A DNA stretch of 64,000 bases. Origin: Capsulimonadaceae bacterium (lineage in GTDB: Bacteria; Armatimonadota; Armatimonadia; Armatimonadales; Capsulimonadaceae). The stretch is taken from contig OZ244065.1 in assembly GCA_965215505.1 (NCBI GenBank), positions 160,001 to 224,000 on the forward strand, written 5' to 3'. This document shows positions 39,788 through 49,012 of the stretch, piece after piece. The notes under the pieces are model-generated. The model was not told where the DNA came from. It made no database searches and worked only from the letters and a program-made list of their open reading frames with translations. A program made the translations under genes and the position numbers. The number at the start of each line of letters is the position of its first letter. Position 1 is the stretch's first letter.

Positions 39788-39893
39788 GGGCGCCGCTTGC
39801 CGCGCCCTCTTGTCTTTAGGTCCCCTCCTGCGTCCGCCGCCTGCATCTGATGTTTGGCTGAGTAGAAGAGGGCGCGGCAAGCGGCGCCCCTAC
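39784..39893. repeat. inverted pair of GTAG-type REPs (REPIN-like doublet)
   Basis: GTAGGGGCGCCGCTTGCCGCGCCCTCTT ... AAGAGGGCGCGGCAAGCGGCGCCCCTAC; the same unit recurs at 61964 and 62081. Confidence 0.85.
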
Positions 39894-41038
39894 CAAATCT
39901 TCGTCCCCTCCGGCAGCCCCTCGTTCCCCCATAATGGCCCGCCGCCCAGCTCACGCCGCCAGCTATCGCGCCACTTGTGCATCTCGACGGCCCCGATGGG
40001 CGGCATCGGCTGACGCTTCTCGCGCGGCAGGAGCGGCGCGAAGGGACGGTGCGGCTCCGTTTGATACCAGTAGGCGACGGTGGCGAGGTCCAGCGTCAGG
40101 CTGTTGGCGTGGCCGTGCTCGATGCTGGCACGAAGGGACTTCTGGAAGTGGATGGGGTCTTCCAGGTGGAAGCGGTAGCAGTGTGTCCGGCCCAGCCAGC
40201 CCGTCTCGCCGTTGACGCGGGGGTAGCCGAAGTAGGGGTGGGCGTAGATCTCCTTAGGGCACCAAGAAGAGTTAAAGTAGTCCTCCGTTCCCGTGCCATG
40301 CAGGGAGCCGGGCCACGGCTCGCCGTCGATGAGGAACATGTCGTCGCCCTCGCCGTACCACAGCGGGGTGGGGGAGTCCACGAAGTAGTTGACGCCGACG
40401 TAGTGCCCCGCGCCCTCGGCATGGATGAAGACGTGGTTGCGATCGTCCGAGGGGTTCTTCGGCTGGACGCCCAGCGTCTCCCACTCGTTCTCCCGGTCGC
40501 CCTGGCCGGCCTCGGGGGCGGGCATCTGCCGGTTCCACCAGGCATGGAAGCGGCCCATCTCAGCCCCGATGCCGCCCGAATGCTCCTCATAATCCACATA
40601 GTAGTAGAAAGAGCCAATCGCGCTATCCGACTGGTTCTCGATCTCTATTCTGGCTCTATCAGCAAACGGCATGGGAAAATAGCAGTTGAGCGCGTTGCCC
40701 CCGGCGGGCGCGGCGGCGAGGGGGAGGGCGGCGTACAGGTACTTCTCGCCCCACCCTTGCCCGAAGAAATCGCCGATGGGCGCTTCAACGGAGGGCGCGG
40801 CCTCGCCGTCCCAGAACATGCGAAGGACGGCGTTGCGGCGGATCATCGGGTCGTCACACGCGATGGTGATCCAGAGGTGCTTGACGATGCCCGCGCCCGA
40901 CATCTCGGCCAGGGCCTTCGTTTCGCCCGCCTCGATGCGGACAAAGTCGGCGTTGCCGCCGGAGCGGTCATAGGACGAGATGCGTTTGGTGCGGATGCCG
41001 GGGCGGATGAGGGCGAGGCTGCCGAGCGGGCTGGACAT
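39890..41038 (-). CDS. glycoside hydrolase family 172 (DUF2961)
   Basis: SSYDRSGGNAD, WYGEGDD, GTGTEDYF, YRFH..DPI.F and EHGHAN motifs. Confidence 0.92.
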   Translation of the reverse strand: MSSPLGSLALIRPGIRTKRISSYDRSGGNADFVRIEAGETKALAEMSGAGIVKHLWITIACDDPMIRRNAVLRMFWDGEAAPSVEAPIGDFFGQGWGEKYLYAALPLAAAPAGGNALNCYFPMPFADRARIEIENQSDSAIGSFYYYVDYEEHSGGIGAEMGRFHAWWNRQMPAPEAGQGDRENEWETLGVQPKNPSDDRNHVFIHAEGAGHYVGVNYFVDSPTPLWYGEGDDMFLIDGEPWPGSLHGTGTEDYFNSSWCPKEIYAHPYFGYPRVNGETGWLGRTHCYRFHLEDPIHFQKSLRASIEHGHANSLTLDLATVAYWYQTEPHRPFAPLLPREKRQPMPPIGAVEMHKWRDSWRRELGGGPLWGNEGLPEGTKIW

Positions 41039-41143
41039 GGCGCTGTCTCCTGTGGAGGTCGTAAGGTGACAGTATGATACTCTAATCCGGCATTGACTTC
41101 CTGCGTGAAATGAGCCACTATATAATCACTCTAGATCACAGGA

Positions 41144-41479
41144 ATGAGGCTGATCATGCTGGACACACGCGAGACATATCCCTTGAGCGATTTCGTGAAG
41201 AACCCGGAAGCGCACATCGCGCGGCTTAAGGAGACCCGCACCCCGGAAGTGCTGACCACTGACGGGCGAGCTGAGGCCGTGCTGCTGGACACGGAAACTT
41301 ACGAAGACCTGATGGAGCAGATACGTAGGGCCAAAGGGATGGCTGCTGTTCGCGCCGCTATTCGAGAAGCCAAATGCGCCGGGCCGCGCGAGGAAGTGAG
41401 TGAGGCCGAGATAAAACGCAGTCATGCCATTGTTGATGAAATCATGGCGGAGACGGAGCGGCTCGGACTCTACCGTTGA
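41144..41479 (+). CDS. Phd/YefM-family antitoxin (alternative start 41156)
   Basis: PLSDFVKN...LKETRTPEVLT.DGRAEAVLLD..TYE. Confidence 0.75.
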   Translation: MRLIMLDTRETYPLSDFVKNPEAHIARLKETRTPEVLTTDGRAEAVLLDTETYEDLMEQIRRAKGMAAVRAAIREAKCAGPREEVSEAEIKRSHAIVDEIMAETERLGLYR

Positions 41480-42057
41480 TAGTCATAGTGCCAAAGACCG
41501 TCGCCTTGTTGAACGCCTGTATTCTGTATCCGCCCTCATTGCGCGATCTGTTGATGCGGCTCGCTGCCGCCCGTGTCTATGCGCCGCGCTGGACAGAGGA
41601 AATCCACACGGAGTGGATACGCAATGTGCTGGCAAACAATCCCGGCGTGACGCCAGCCCAACTGGACCGCACCCGCGGCCTAATGAACCAAGTCGCGTCT
41701 GATTGCCTTGTTTCTGGCTACGAGGCGCGTATCCCCACCCTCAACTTGCCGGACCCGAACGACCGTCATGTGTTAGCCGCCGCGATAGAGGCACAAGCAC
41801 CGCTCATCGTCACCTTTAACCTCTCGGACTTTCCTAATGCCGTTCTTCGGAGGTATGGCATTGATGCCGTCCACCCGGACGATTTTCTCACGGGTCTGTT
41901 TGATGATGACCCTGCCTTGTTCTTACGGACCGTGCAGACCCACCGCGCCTCCCTACATAATCCGCCGAAGGATGAGGTGGGCTATGTCCAGACGCTCAGG
42001 ATAAACGGCCTCAAAGAACTTGCCTCGCGTCTAGAAGCCGATCTGAGTCAGCTATAG
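41476..42057 (+). CDS. PIN-domain protein (PIN_3/VapC50-like); first acidic residue is Asn
   Basis: LLNACILYP, EW, LPDPNDRHVLAAA and VTFNLSDFP motifs. Confidence 0.85.
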   Translation: MIVIVPKTVALLNACILYPPSLRDLLMRLAAARVYAPRWTEEIHTEWIRNVLANNPGVTPAQLDRTRGLMNQVASDCLVSGYEARIPTLNLPDPNDRHVLAAAIEAQAPLIVTFNLSDFPNAVLRRYGIDAVHPDDFLTGLFDDDPALFLRTVQTHRASLHNPPKDEVGYVQTLRINGLKELASRLEADLSQL

Positions 42058-42445
42058 GTTGCCATCTCAACGCGCGATACCCCACCCAATACGACAATGA
42101 TTTCTGACGCAACGCCTCTTGGAGTTCTTCCAGGAAGAGTTGCAGGACTTCAGGCGGGACCTGCAAGTCCTCAAACCGCTCCGGTAACTTGTCCCCACGC
42201 GCAAACCATTTGACAGGACCCAGCGGCAGTTGTGCCTGCGTTGAGATCGCCAGTCTCCACTCAAGGTAGTGCTGTTTTGACCACGAGATCGCCCTTACGG
42301 TCGAGTGGCAGTTACTCGGCAAAAGAGAAAACAAAAGCTTTCTCGTGACCGTTGCTTGCTTCCTATTGGCGACCTCAAACACCGCCGTGCAATGTCCAAA
42401 GTCATAGTTGTCAGTTTTACAGCATACGAGCATCCTATTGTGCAT
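42011..42445 (-). CDS. hypothetical protein (lower GC)
   Basis: ORF with GAGGA RBS before ATG 42445; no recognisable motif. Confidence 0.5.
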   Translation of the reverse strand: MHNRMLVCCKTDNYDFGHCTAVFEVANRKQATVTRKLLFSLLPSNCHSTVRAISWSKQHYLEWRLAISTQAQLPLGPVKWFARGDKLPERFEDLQVPPEVLQLFLEELQEALRQKSLSYWVGYRALRWQPIADSDRLLDARQVL

Positions 42446-42539
42446 CGTGTCCTCGCTTCTTTTCACAGATAGACTGACTGCCCATCAGCTTGGCTTATTG
42501 CCGGAAGTCGTTACTGCTCCATGGCATCGGCCACACGCC

Positions 42540-42563
42540 GGGCGCGATAAATCGTGCCCCTAC
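42540..42563. repeat. GTAG-type REP
   Basis: GGGCGCGATAAATCGTGCCCCTAC, similar to 62129-62153. Confidence 0.7.
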
Positions 42564-42643
42564 TTCTTCGCCCCTGCCGGCAGGAGCTTCTTCAGGCGGC
42601 TGAGTTCATCGCGAAGCTCGGCGGCACACTCGAACTCCAAGGA
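42560..42643 (-). pseudogene. displaced second copy of the uvrB 3' end (27 codons plus stop)
   Basis: Encodes [27 protein letters not shown]; 73 of 84 nt identical to 43669-43752. Confidence 0.9.
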
Positions 42644-42691
42644 CGGCACGGGCGAGGGCGGAGCAAGATACCAGAAACTCAGACAAAGTGT

Positions 42692-43666
42692 TTACATTTT
42701 TGGATTTTCTGCCATAGTAGCAGTGGAGGCTCGGCTTCGGGTTCCACGAAAGTGGATTACGGGGCGTTGCCTTCTTTTCTTTTGCCCGTCTCCCCGTAAA
42801 GCTGCGGCACATAGCACACGCTGAACCGGGGGGAACTCCTTCCCTTCTTTTCCCACGACGCCGCGCCATTGCAGTGCGGACAGCGCAGCTTCAAAGTCTT
42901 CGGCGATTTCCGGGCGCGTGGGCGCGTCCATGCCGCGCTCCGGCAGTCGGAAGCCCCAGTTCAGACAGTAGATGCACAGGTCGGCGGCTTGGATGGCGTA
43001 AGTCATGTCCGACAGGACGAACAGCGGGGTGGGTATGATGTGCTGCGCGTATAAACGTCCGTTCTGTGTCAGGCTGAAATAACGCTCGATCCGCTGCATG
43101 AAGCGTCTGTCTTCGCTGTTCTCGATGTGGTCCATGACCAGAAGCCCCTGCTCCTGTTTTTCCCGAAGAAACAGGGCGTAGCGGTCCATCAGGTACACCC
43201 AGTCACGGCGCAGATCTTCCGGGTTGTGGCTTTCCGGCGGCTTTTGGGTGCCGCGCGGAACGGCGACCGCCAGGAGAGTGGCGTTCTGGCGCTGCAAAAG
43301 GGTCATCATGGAGTGTGCCATTTTCAAGCAGGCCTGGCCGTAAGCGGTGAACTCACTGCGAGAGGGGGGCTGCTTGGCAAGCCCTTCTTTGAGGAAGGCT
43401 TGAGCCTGTTCCCGGCGGACGATGTCCGGCAAAGGCATCTCTTCCTGAGCCGCCCACTGGTAACGCTTTTTGCCGAGTAGATGTGCCCCCTTCAGTTCCG
43501 CCTGATACTCATGCAGGGGCACGCCGAAGGCTTCCTGTTCCAGCGCGCGCATTCCCTGGACAAAAGGCCAGACGCGGGAGGCGTGAAGAGCGATACCGCC
43601 ATGCACCTCGTAGGGCATGGTTTTGTGGTCGTGTCCACTTTCATCTAGAAACAGCAGGTAGCTCAA
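42692..43666 (-). CDS. DUF3800-family protein (possible +1 frameshift near the C-terminus)
   Basis: LFLDESG, ELKG and IQAADLC motifs. Confidence 0.85.
   Translation of the reverse strand: MSYLLFLDESGHDHKTMPYEVHGGIALHASRVWPFVQGMRALEQEAFGVPLHEYQAELKGAHLLGKKRYQWAAQEEMPLPDIVRREQAQAFLKEGLAKQPPSRSEFTAYGQACLKMAHSMMTLLQRQNATLLAVAVPRGTQKPPESHNPEDLRRDWVYLMDRYALFLREKQEQGLLVMDHIENSEDRRFMQRIERYFSLTQNGRLYAQHIIPTPLFVLSDMTYAIQAADLCIYCLNWGFRLPERGMDAPTRPEIAEDFEAALSALQWRGVVGKEGKEFPPVQRVLCAAALRGDGQKKRRQRPVIHFRGTRSRASTATMAENPKM
42720..42785 (-). ncRNA. candidate DUF3800-associated structured RNA
   Basis: A-rich lead-in, then an AGGC...GCCT outer stem enclosing a TCCAC-TTTC-GTGGA hairpin, at the 3' end of DUF3800. 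Confidence 0.4.
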
Positions 43667-43668
43667 CC

Positions 43669-45663
43669 CTATTTCTTCGCCCCCGCTGGCAGCAGTTTCT
43701 TCAGGCGGCTGAGTTCGTCGCGCAGTTCGGCGGCGCGCTCGAACTCCAAAGACCGCGCGGCCTGCTTCATCTCCTTCTCGATGTCCGCCAACGCGGACAT
43801 GAGCTGGTCCAGGGGCAGGGTTTCGGGGTTGCGGTTGCGGGAGATGTTGTAGTAGGACTTCTGCTCGGCGATCTTCTTGGACTCGATGACCTCGCGGACG
43901 GCCTTGTTGACAGTGTACGGGGTGATGTTGTGTTCGGTGTTATAGGACACCTGGATGGCCCGGCGGCGGTCGGTTTCGCCCATCGCGCGCTCCATGGAGC
44001 CGGTGATGCGGTCGGCGTACATGATGACCTGGCCGCCGACGTTGCGGGCGGCCCGGCCGATGGTCTGGATGAGGGACGTTTCCGACCGCAGGAAGCCCTC
44101 TTTATCGGCGTCCAGGATGGCGACGAGGGAGACTTCCGGCAAGTCCAGGCCCTCGCGCAAAAGGTTGATGCCGATGATGACGTCGTAGATGCCTAATCTC
44201 AGGTCGCGCAGGATTTCGGTCCGCTCCAGCGTGTGGATGTCCGAGTGCAGGTAGTTGACCTTGATGTTCAGGTCCAGCAGGTACTCGGTCAGGTCCTCGG
44301 ACATCTTCTTGGTCAGGGTCGTCACCAGGACGCGCTCGCCCCGGCTGGTCCGGTCGCGAATCTCGTTCAGCAGGTCGTCCACCTGCCCGCGCGTCGGCTT
44401 GATGATGATCTCGGGGTCGATCAGGCCGGTCGGGCGGATGATCTGCTGTACGATCTGCTCGGAATGCTCCCGCTCGAAGGCGGCGGGCGTGGCCGAGACG
44501 AAGACGCACTGGCCGACGCGCTCCTGGAACTCCTCGAACTTCAGGGGCCGGTTGTCGCCCGCCGAGGGCAGCCGGAAGCCGTACTCGATGAGCGTGTCTT
44601 TGCGCGCCTTGTCGCCGTTGTACATGGCCCGGAGCTGGGGCAGAGTCTGGTGGGACTCGTCAATGACGATCAGATAGTCGTCCGGGAAGTAGTCCAGCAG
44701 CGTGTGGGGCGCGCTGCCGGGGGCACGCCCGTCGAACCAGCGCGAGTAGTTCTCGATGCCGTTGCAGTAGCCGACCTCGCGGATCATCTCCAGGTCGAAG
44801 CGCGTCCGCTGCTCGATGCGCTGGGCTTCGAGCAGCTTGCCCTGCTGCTTGAAAAGGGCGATGCGCTGGTGCATCTCGTCCTCGATGCCGATGATGGCCT
44901 TCTCCTGGCGCTCGGGGCTGGAGACGAAGTGGGAGGCGGGGAAGACGGTGATCTCGTCCTTGGAAGCCTGCACCTCGCCGGTCAAGGGGTCCACGATCGT
45001 GATCTTTTCCACTTCGTCGCCGAAGAACTCGACCCGGATGACGATCTCCTCGTCGGCCGGCTGGAGTTCCAGCACGTCGCCGCGCACGCGGAACGTCGAG
45101 CGGGTCAGGACGATGTCGTTGCGGGTGAACTGCATGTCCACGAGGCGGCGCAGCATGTCGTCCCGGTCGTACTCCTTGCCGCGCTCGAACTTCAGGATGA
45201 TGCGGGCGTACTCTTCGGGTGCGCCCAGGCCGTAGATGCACGAGACCGAAGCGACGATGACCACGTCCCGCCGCTCCAAAACGGCCTGGGTCGCCGAGTG
45301 CCGCAGCCGGTCGATCTCGTCGTTGATGGCCGAGTCTTTTTCGATGAACGTGTCCGTGGACGGGATATACGCCTCGGGCTGATAGTAGTCGTAATAGGAG
45401 ACAAAATACTCGACGGAGTTCTCCCCGAAGAAGTCCCGGAACTCGGAGCAGAGCTGGGCCGCCAAAGTCTTATTGTGCGCGATGACCAGCGTGGGCCGCT
45501 GCACCCGCTCGATGACGTTGGCCGCCGTGAAGGTCTTGCCGGTGCCCGTGGCCCCGAGCAGGGTCTGGTACTTGTGCCCTTGCTTCAGCCCCGCCGCCAG
45601 CTTGTTGATCGCCGCCGGCTGGTCGCCGGAGGGCTTGTAGTTGGAGATGACCTTGAAATCCAT
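43669..45663 (-). CDS. uvrB: excinuclease ABC subunit B
   Basis: [40 protein letters not shown] and the C-terminal UVR domain. Confidence 0.99.
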   Translation of the reverse strand: MDFKVISNYKPSGDQPAAINKLAAGLKQGHKYQTLLGATGTGKTFTAANVIERVQRPTLVIAHNKTLAAQLCSEFRDFFGENSVEYFVSYYDYYQPEAYIPSTDTFIEKDSAINDEIDRLRHSATQAVLERRDVVIVASVSCIYGLGAPEEYARIILKFERGKEYDRDDMLRRLVDMQFTRNDIVLTRSTFRVRGDVLELQPADEEIVIRVEFFGDEVEKITIVDPLTGEVQASKDEITVFPASHFVSSPERQEKAIIGIEDEMHQRIALFKQQGKLLEAQRIEQRTRFDLEMIREVGYCNGIENYSRWFDGRAPGSAPHTLLDYFPDDYLIVIDESHQTLPQLRAMYNGDKARKDTLIEYGFRLPSAGDNRPLKFEEFQERVGQCVFVSATPAAFEREHSEQIVQQIIRPTGLIDPEIIIKPTRGQVDDLLNEIRDRTSRGERVLVTTLTKKMSEDLTEYLLDLNIKVNYLHSDIHTLERTEILRDLRLGIYDVIIGINLLREGLDLPEVSLVAILDADKEGFLRSETSLIQTIGRAARNVGGQVIMYADRITGSMERAMGETDRRRAIQVSYNTEHNITPYTVNKAVREVIESKKIAEQKSYYNISRNRNPETLPLDQLMSALADIEKEMKQAARSLEFERAAELRDELSRLKKLLPAGAKK

Positions 45664-45688
45664 CCGCTGTCTCCTAGTCCGTCGGGTC

Positions 45689-46123
45689 TTAGATCGTCGG
45701 GTTGGCCGCCAGCCAGTCGCCCGGCGTCATCACGGTCACTGCCTGCGCGCCCCGCGTCAGCACCTCAACATCCCATGTGATCAATGTCGTGCCGAGTTCC
45801 TGTGCCACGGCGACATACACCGCGTCCGGTCCGCGCAGGCGGTAAAGAACAGCAATGCTGGCCGCTTGCCGGGCGCGGGCCGGCGTCAACTCGATGAGTG
45901 AGAGGTATGGGAACACCTCTATTTGAGAAGCCACCGCGTTTGCCAGGTTCACATTCCTGGTCGAACGGGCGATCGCCGCCGCCACTTCCGGCACAATCAA
46001 CGTCGGGCAGGCGATGGTCACTACCGACTGAACAAGCCGGTTCAAAAACTGGTCACTGGCGGAATGTTGAACCTCCGTCCGGACGCGGGCGGAGACGAAG
46101 ACGTTGGCATCGATTGTCAGCAT
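45689..46123 (-). CDS. VapC PIN-domain toxin
   Basis: IDANV, PEV, DAVYVA and ITWD motifs; acidic residues intact. Confidence 0.88.
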   Translation of the reverse strand: MLTIDANVFVSARVRTEVQHSASDQFLNRLVQSVVTIACPTLIVPEVAAAIARSTRNVNLANAVASQIEVFPYLSLIELTPARARQAASIAVLYRLRGPDAVYVAVAQELGTTLITWDVEVLTRGAQAVTVMTPGDWLAANPTI

Positions 46124-46384
46124 TCACTCCCTCATCTCAGCGACGATCTCAGCCGCCGATTTGTCAGTATCCCAGGCCGCCGTCACCTGTTCCGTCAGTT
46201 CATCCCAGTCGCGTTTCCAGTGTTCGTATGCCTTCCGGCGTTGTGAGAGCGTTTCCTCCGCCTCCACGATGAACCGCGCTCCTGTCACCTCCACCGTGTA
46301 CCTCGCGTGCGGCTTCGCCTCGCCCAGCAGCTCGGGGAGCAGCACGAGCCGCCCGGCCTCATCCGTCTCGATCACCCGTGTCAT
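46124..46384 (-). CDS. VapB-like antitoxin (AbrB-like N-terminus)
   Basis: TDEAGRLVL N-terminus and SAAEIVAEMR C-terminus; abuts vapC. Confidence 0.75.
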   Translation of the reverse strand: MTRVIETDEAGRLVLLPELLGEAKPHARYTVEVTGARFIVEAEETLSQRRKAYEHWKRDWDELTEQVTAAWDTDKSAAEIVAEMRE

Positions 46385-46411
46385 GGCACCGCCCCTTCAC
46401 GCAAATCACGC

Positions 46412-46448
46412 AAAAACGGCGGCCTTCAGACATTTCCAAAGACCGCCG
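46412..46448 (-). terminator. terminator-like hairpin with T5
   Basis: CGGCGGTCTTTGGA/TCTGAAGGCCGCCG followed by TTTTT on the minus strand. Confidence 0.65.
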
Positions 46449-46449
46449 C

Positions 46450-46468
46450 AAACCGATGTTCTATTGTA
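46450..46468 (-). promoter_or_regulatory. -10 box (TACAAT) with an adjacent LexA (Cheo-box-like) site GAAC-ATCG-GTTT
   Basis: One mismatch to GAAC-N4-GTTC; lies upstream of vapB-vapC-uvrB. Confidence 0.5.
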
Positions 46469-46534
46469 CCCGAACGGCCCTGATTTTTTGCCGCAGACGG
46501 GGAGGAATCTTCGCCCCGACCGGTGAAACTGCGC

Positions 46535-46915
46535 TCACCCGCCGCTGACCTGGAGCTGGTTGTGGACGGCCTTGTCCTGGCCCAATGTCTCGCGGGCGAT
46601 GCGGCCCGCGCGGGCCTTGTCTGCGGCGCTGTTGACCGTGCCGCGCAGGTAAACGCCGTCCGCGTCGGCGCGGACGTGGATGGTCGTCGGCAGGTTCGCG
46701 GCGGCCAGGGCGGCCGAGACGCGCGATTGCAGCTTCAGCCTGTCGAGCTTGGGCCGGGCCTGCCGCTCCGCCTGTTGGGCCTGCCGGCTGACGACGGTGG
46801 CATTACGTTGGGCATCGCCCTTCGCGCTGTCGAGCGTCTGCTGGGAGCAGCCGGTGAGGACCGTCCCGAGGCCGATGAGGGCCGAAAGCAGTGTCGGTGT
46901 TGACTTGTTTCTCAT
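46535..46915 (-). CDS. BON-domain lipoprotein
   Basis: Start MRNKST; lipobox LTGC; IHV.ADADGVYLRGTV...VHNQLQV. Confidence 0.85.
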   Translation of the reverse strand: MRNKSTPTLLSALIGLGTVLTGCSQQTLDSAKGDAQRNATVVSRQAQQAERQARPKLDRLKLQSRVSAALAAANLPTTIHVRADADGVYLRGTVNSAADKARAGRIARETLGQDKAVHNQLQVSGG

Positions 46916-46978
46916 GATAACCCCCGTGTTCCCGGCACTTGCGCCGGTCAACCCCGATAAAAGAAAGACGCAAAGAAC

Positions 46979-47422
46979 ATGACGACGCTGCCCGACATCA
47001 CCCAGACCCTGCTGGCCTGCAAGAAGGCCAAGGGCCTGAGTTTCGTTGACCTGGAGCCGCTGGTCGGCCTGGACGAGATCTGCATCGCGGCCATCATCTA
47101 CCGCCAGGCCACCGCGACGCCCGACGAGGCCCGCAAGCTGACGGCCGCTCTGGGCCTGGGGCCGGACATAGCCGACCATCTCACCGAATACCCGTCCAAG
47201 GGCCTGGGGCCGGTCGTCCCGACGGACCCGTTCGTCTACCGCTTCTACGAGATCGTGCAGGTCTACGGGATGCCCCTGAAGTCGGTCATCCAGGAGAAGT
47301 TCGGCGACGGCATCATGTCCGCCATTGACTTCACGATGCACGTCGAGAAGGTGGAAGACCCGAAGGGCGACCGGGTCAAGCTGACCATGAACGGGAAGTT
47401 CCTGCCGTACAAGAAGTGGTGA
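46979..47422 (+). CDS. cynS: cyanate hydratase (cyanase)
   Basis: [24 protein letters not shown] and GKFLPY motifs. Confidence 0.97.
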   Translation: MTTLPDITQTLLACKKAKGLSFVDLEPLVGLDEICIAAIIYRQATATPDEARKLTAALGLGPDIADHLTEYPSKGLGPVVPTDPFVYRFYEIVQVYGMPLKSVIQEKFGDGIMSAIDFTMHVEKVEDPKGDRVKLTMNGKFLPYKKW

Positions 47423-47429
47423 CACCGTC

Positions 47430-47864
47430 CTAGAACCGCAGATGGTGCGCCGTCAGCCAGCCGATGCGGGCGATCCCCGTCAGCAGGAGCAGGGCGGCGG
47501 CGCCCAGGCTGAGGCGCGTCGCGGCGCGCGGCGTCAGCGGCCAGAGTGTCACGCCGCGCGCCCAGAACAGGCCGCCGCGGAGCCACAGCAGGAGGCAGGC
47601 GGCGTAGAGGAGCCAGCCCAGCGGGTGCCAGTGCAGCGCTTCGTGCCACCGCGCGTGGCCCAGGCAGACGAAGCTGCGGGTCAGCCCGCAGCCGGGGCAG
47701 GGCAGGCCGGTCAGGTTGTAGAAGGGGCAGACGGAGGGCAGGTGGCCGATGGCCCCGTCGGCTCCCGGCGGGGGCAGCAGGAGGCTGGCCCCGAGGATTC
47801 CGGTCAGGACGGCCCAACTCGTCCCGGCGTTGGCCCGCGCCCGGCTCTGTCGGGGGGCGTTCAC
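47430..47864 (-). CDS. DUF2752-domain membrane protein
   Basis: CPFYNLTGLPCPGCGLTRS...HPLG. Confidence 0.9.
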   Translation of the reverse strand: MNAPRQSRARANAGTSWAVLTGILGASLLLPPPGADGAIGHLPSVCPFYNLTGLPCPGCGLTRSFVCLGHARWHEALHWHPLGWLLYAACLLLWLRGGLFWARGVTLWPLTPRAATRLSLGAAALLLLTGIARIGWLTAHHLRF

Positions 47865-48337
47865 GGGCGCGAGGGCCTTGGCCGACGCGGCGTGGACGTG
47901 CCGGAGGGCGGCGGCGGCCAGGTGCCGGGGTCAGGGCCGCGGTCAGGGCTAGAGGGCGGCCCGGTCATGGCGGCCTGCCAGACGCGGTTCAGCGAGTCCT
48001 GCTGCAAGACCGGGTTGATCAGCCCCAGGCCCCCGAAGCCGCCGAAGCCGACGAGGTCCAGGACAAGGTACAGGACGGCGTTGTCGGTGGCCGGCAGCCC
48101 GACCCGCCCGCACATCTCGGCGACGCGCTTGCCCATCTTATAGTCCCAGTAGACGTTGTAAAGCCCGCAAGTGATGACCGAGAGCAGCACCTCGACGCTG
48201 GGCGACACGTCGCGCTCCTCCAGGAATTCCTGTGTCTCCTCCGAAACGACATAGATGAAATATAGGTAGTAGATCCCAAATGTCAGCAGGATCAGCACCA
48301 GTGTCAGCGCAGGATTGCGCGTCGCCCCCAATCGCAT
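47861..48337 (-). CDS. DUF4234-domain membrane protein with C-terminal GTWPPPP
   Basis: ILLTFGIYYLY, VITCGLY..YWDYK and QDSLN motifs. Confidence 0.85.
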   Translation of the reverse strand: MRLGATRNPALTLVLILLTFGIYYLYFIYVVSEETQEFLEERDVSPSVEVLLSVITCGLYNVYWDYKMGKRVAEMCGRVGLPATDNAVLYLVLDLVGFGGFGGLGLINPVLQQDSLNRVWQAAMTGPPSSPDRGPDPGTWPPPPSGTSTPRRPRPSRP

Positions 48338-48491
48338 GTCCGTTTCCCCTTTACTCTCCCGGATCTTCCTGCCCTCTATTCGCCGCCGTCCCACCCGCTT
48401 CCTCCGTTTACCATCCGGCACAGGCGGGTAAGCACGGGTTATCGGCGAGAAGAGGACCGCGCGGAAGAGGCGCGGGGAAAGTGAGGACTCG

Positions 48492-48953
48492 GTGAAGCCA
48501 TTGGAGTCGCCGCCACTGTTGGAGATCTGGCTGCCTGCCGACCCGAAGGCGGTCCCCTCGGCGCGTCACCGGGCGATGCAGGCGTGTACGGACGCCGGCC
48601 TGGCCGAAGAAGACTGCTTCACGCTGGACCTTGCGCTGGGGGAGGCGCTGGCGAACGCGGTCATGCACGGTGCGCCCTGTGTTCCGGTCAGCCCGGATGC
48701 GGATTGTGACCGTCACGTCTGCCTGAGTCTCTGGGGCTATCAGGACCGTCTTATCATACACGTCTGCGACCGGGGGCCTGGCTTCAGCCCGCCCCCGCCC
48801 CCCTACCCGATGCCCGCCGCAGCCGGCGGCGCGACGCACGGGCGGGGGCTTCCGCTGATGGAAACCCTCACGGACGCCATGGTGGTTTGCCGGGCCGACG
48901 CCGAAGGCGGGGGCGCGTCCGTGTACCTTGTCAAGAACAAGGCGCGGTCATGA
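48492..48953 (+). CDS. RsbW-like anti-sigma factor / Ser kinase (HATPase_c_2)
   Basis: LALGEALANAVMHG, DRGPGF and GRGLPLM motifs. Confidence 0.85.
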   Translation: MKPLESPPLLEIWLPADPKAVPSARHRAMQACTDAGLAEEDCFTLDLALGEALANAVMHGAPCVPVSPDADCDRHVCLSLWGYQDRLIIHVCDRGPGFSPPPPPYPMPAAAGGATHGRGLPLMETLTDAMVVCRADAEGGGASVYLVKNKARS

Positions 48954-49012
48954 CTCGCCGCTGCTGACGGCCGGGCAGGAAATCGACGTCTCTTTATGGT
49001 AAAACAGGAGCG

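Noticed and set aside
41144-46384. Prophage or integrative element around uvrB
   Set aside because: There are no integrase, phage or conjugation genes, only small cassettes and the duplicated uvrB tail.
46979-47422. Complete cyanate utilisation operon
   Set aside because: cynS stands alone, with no cynT, cynX or cynR adjacent. Solitary cynS is common.
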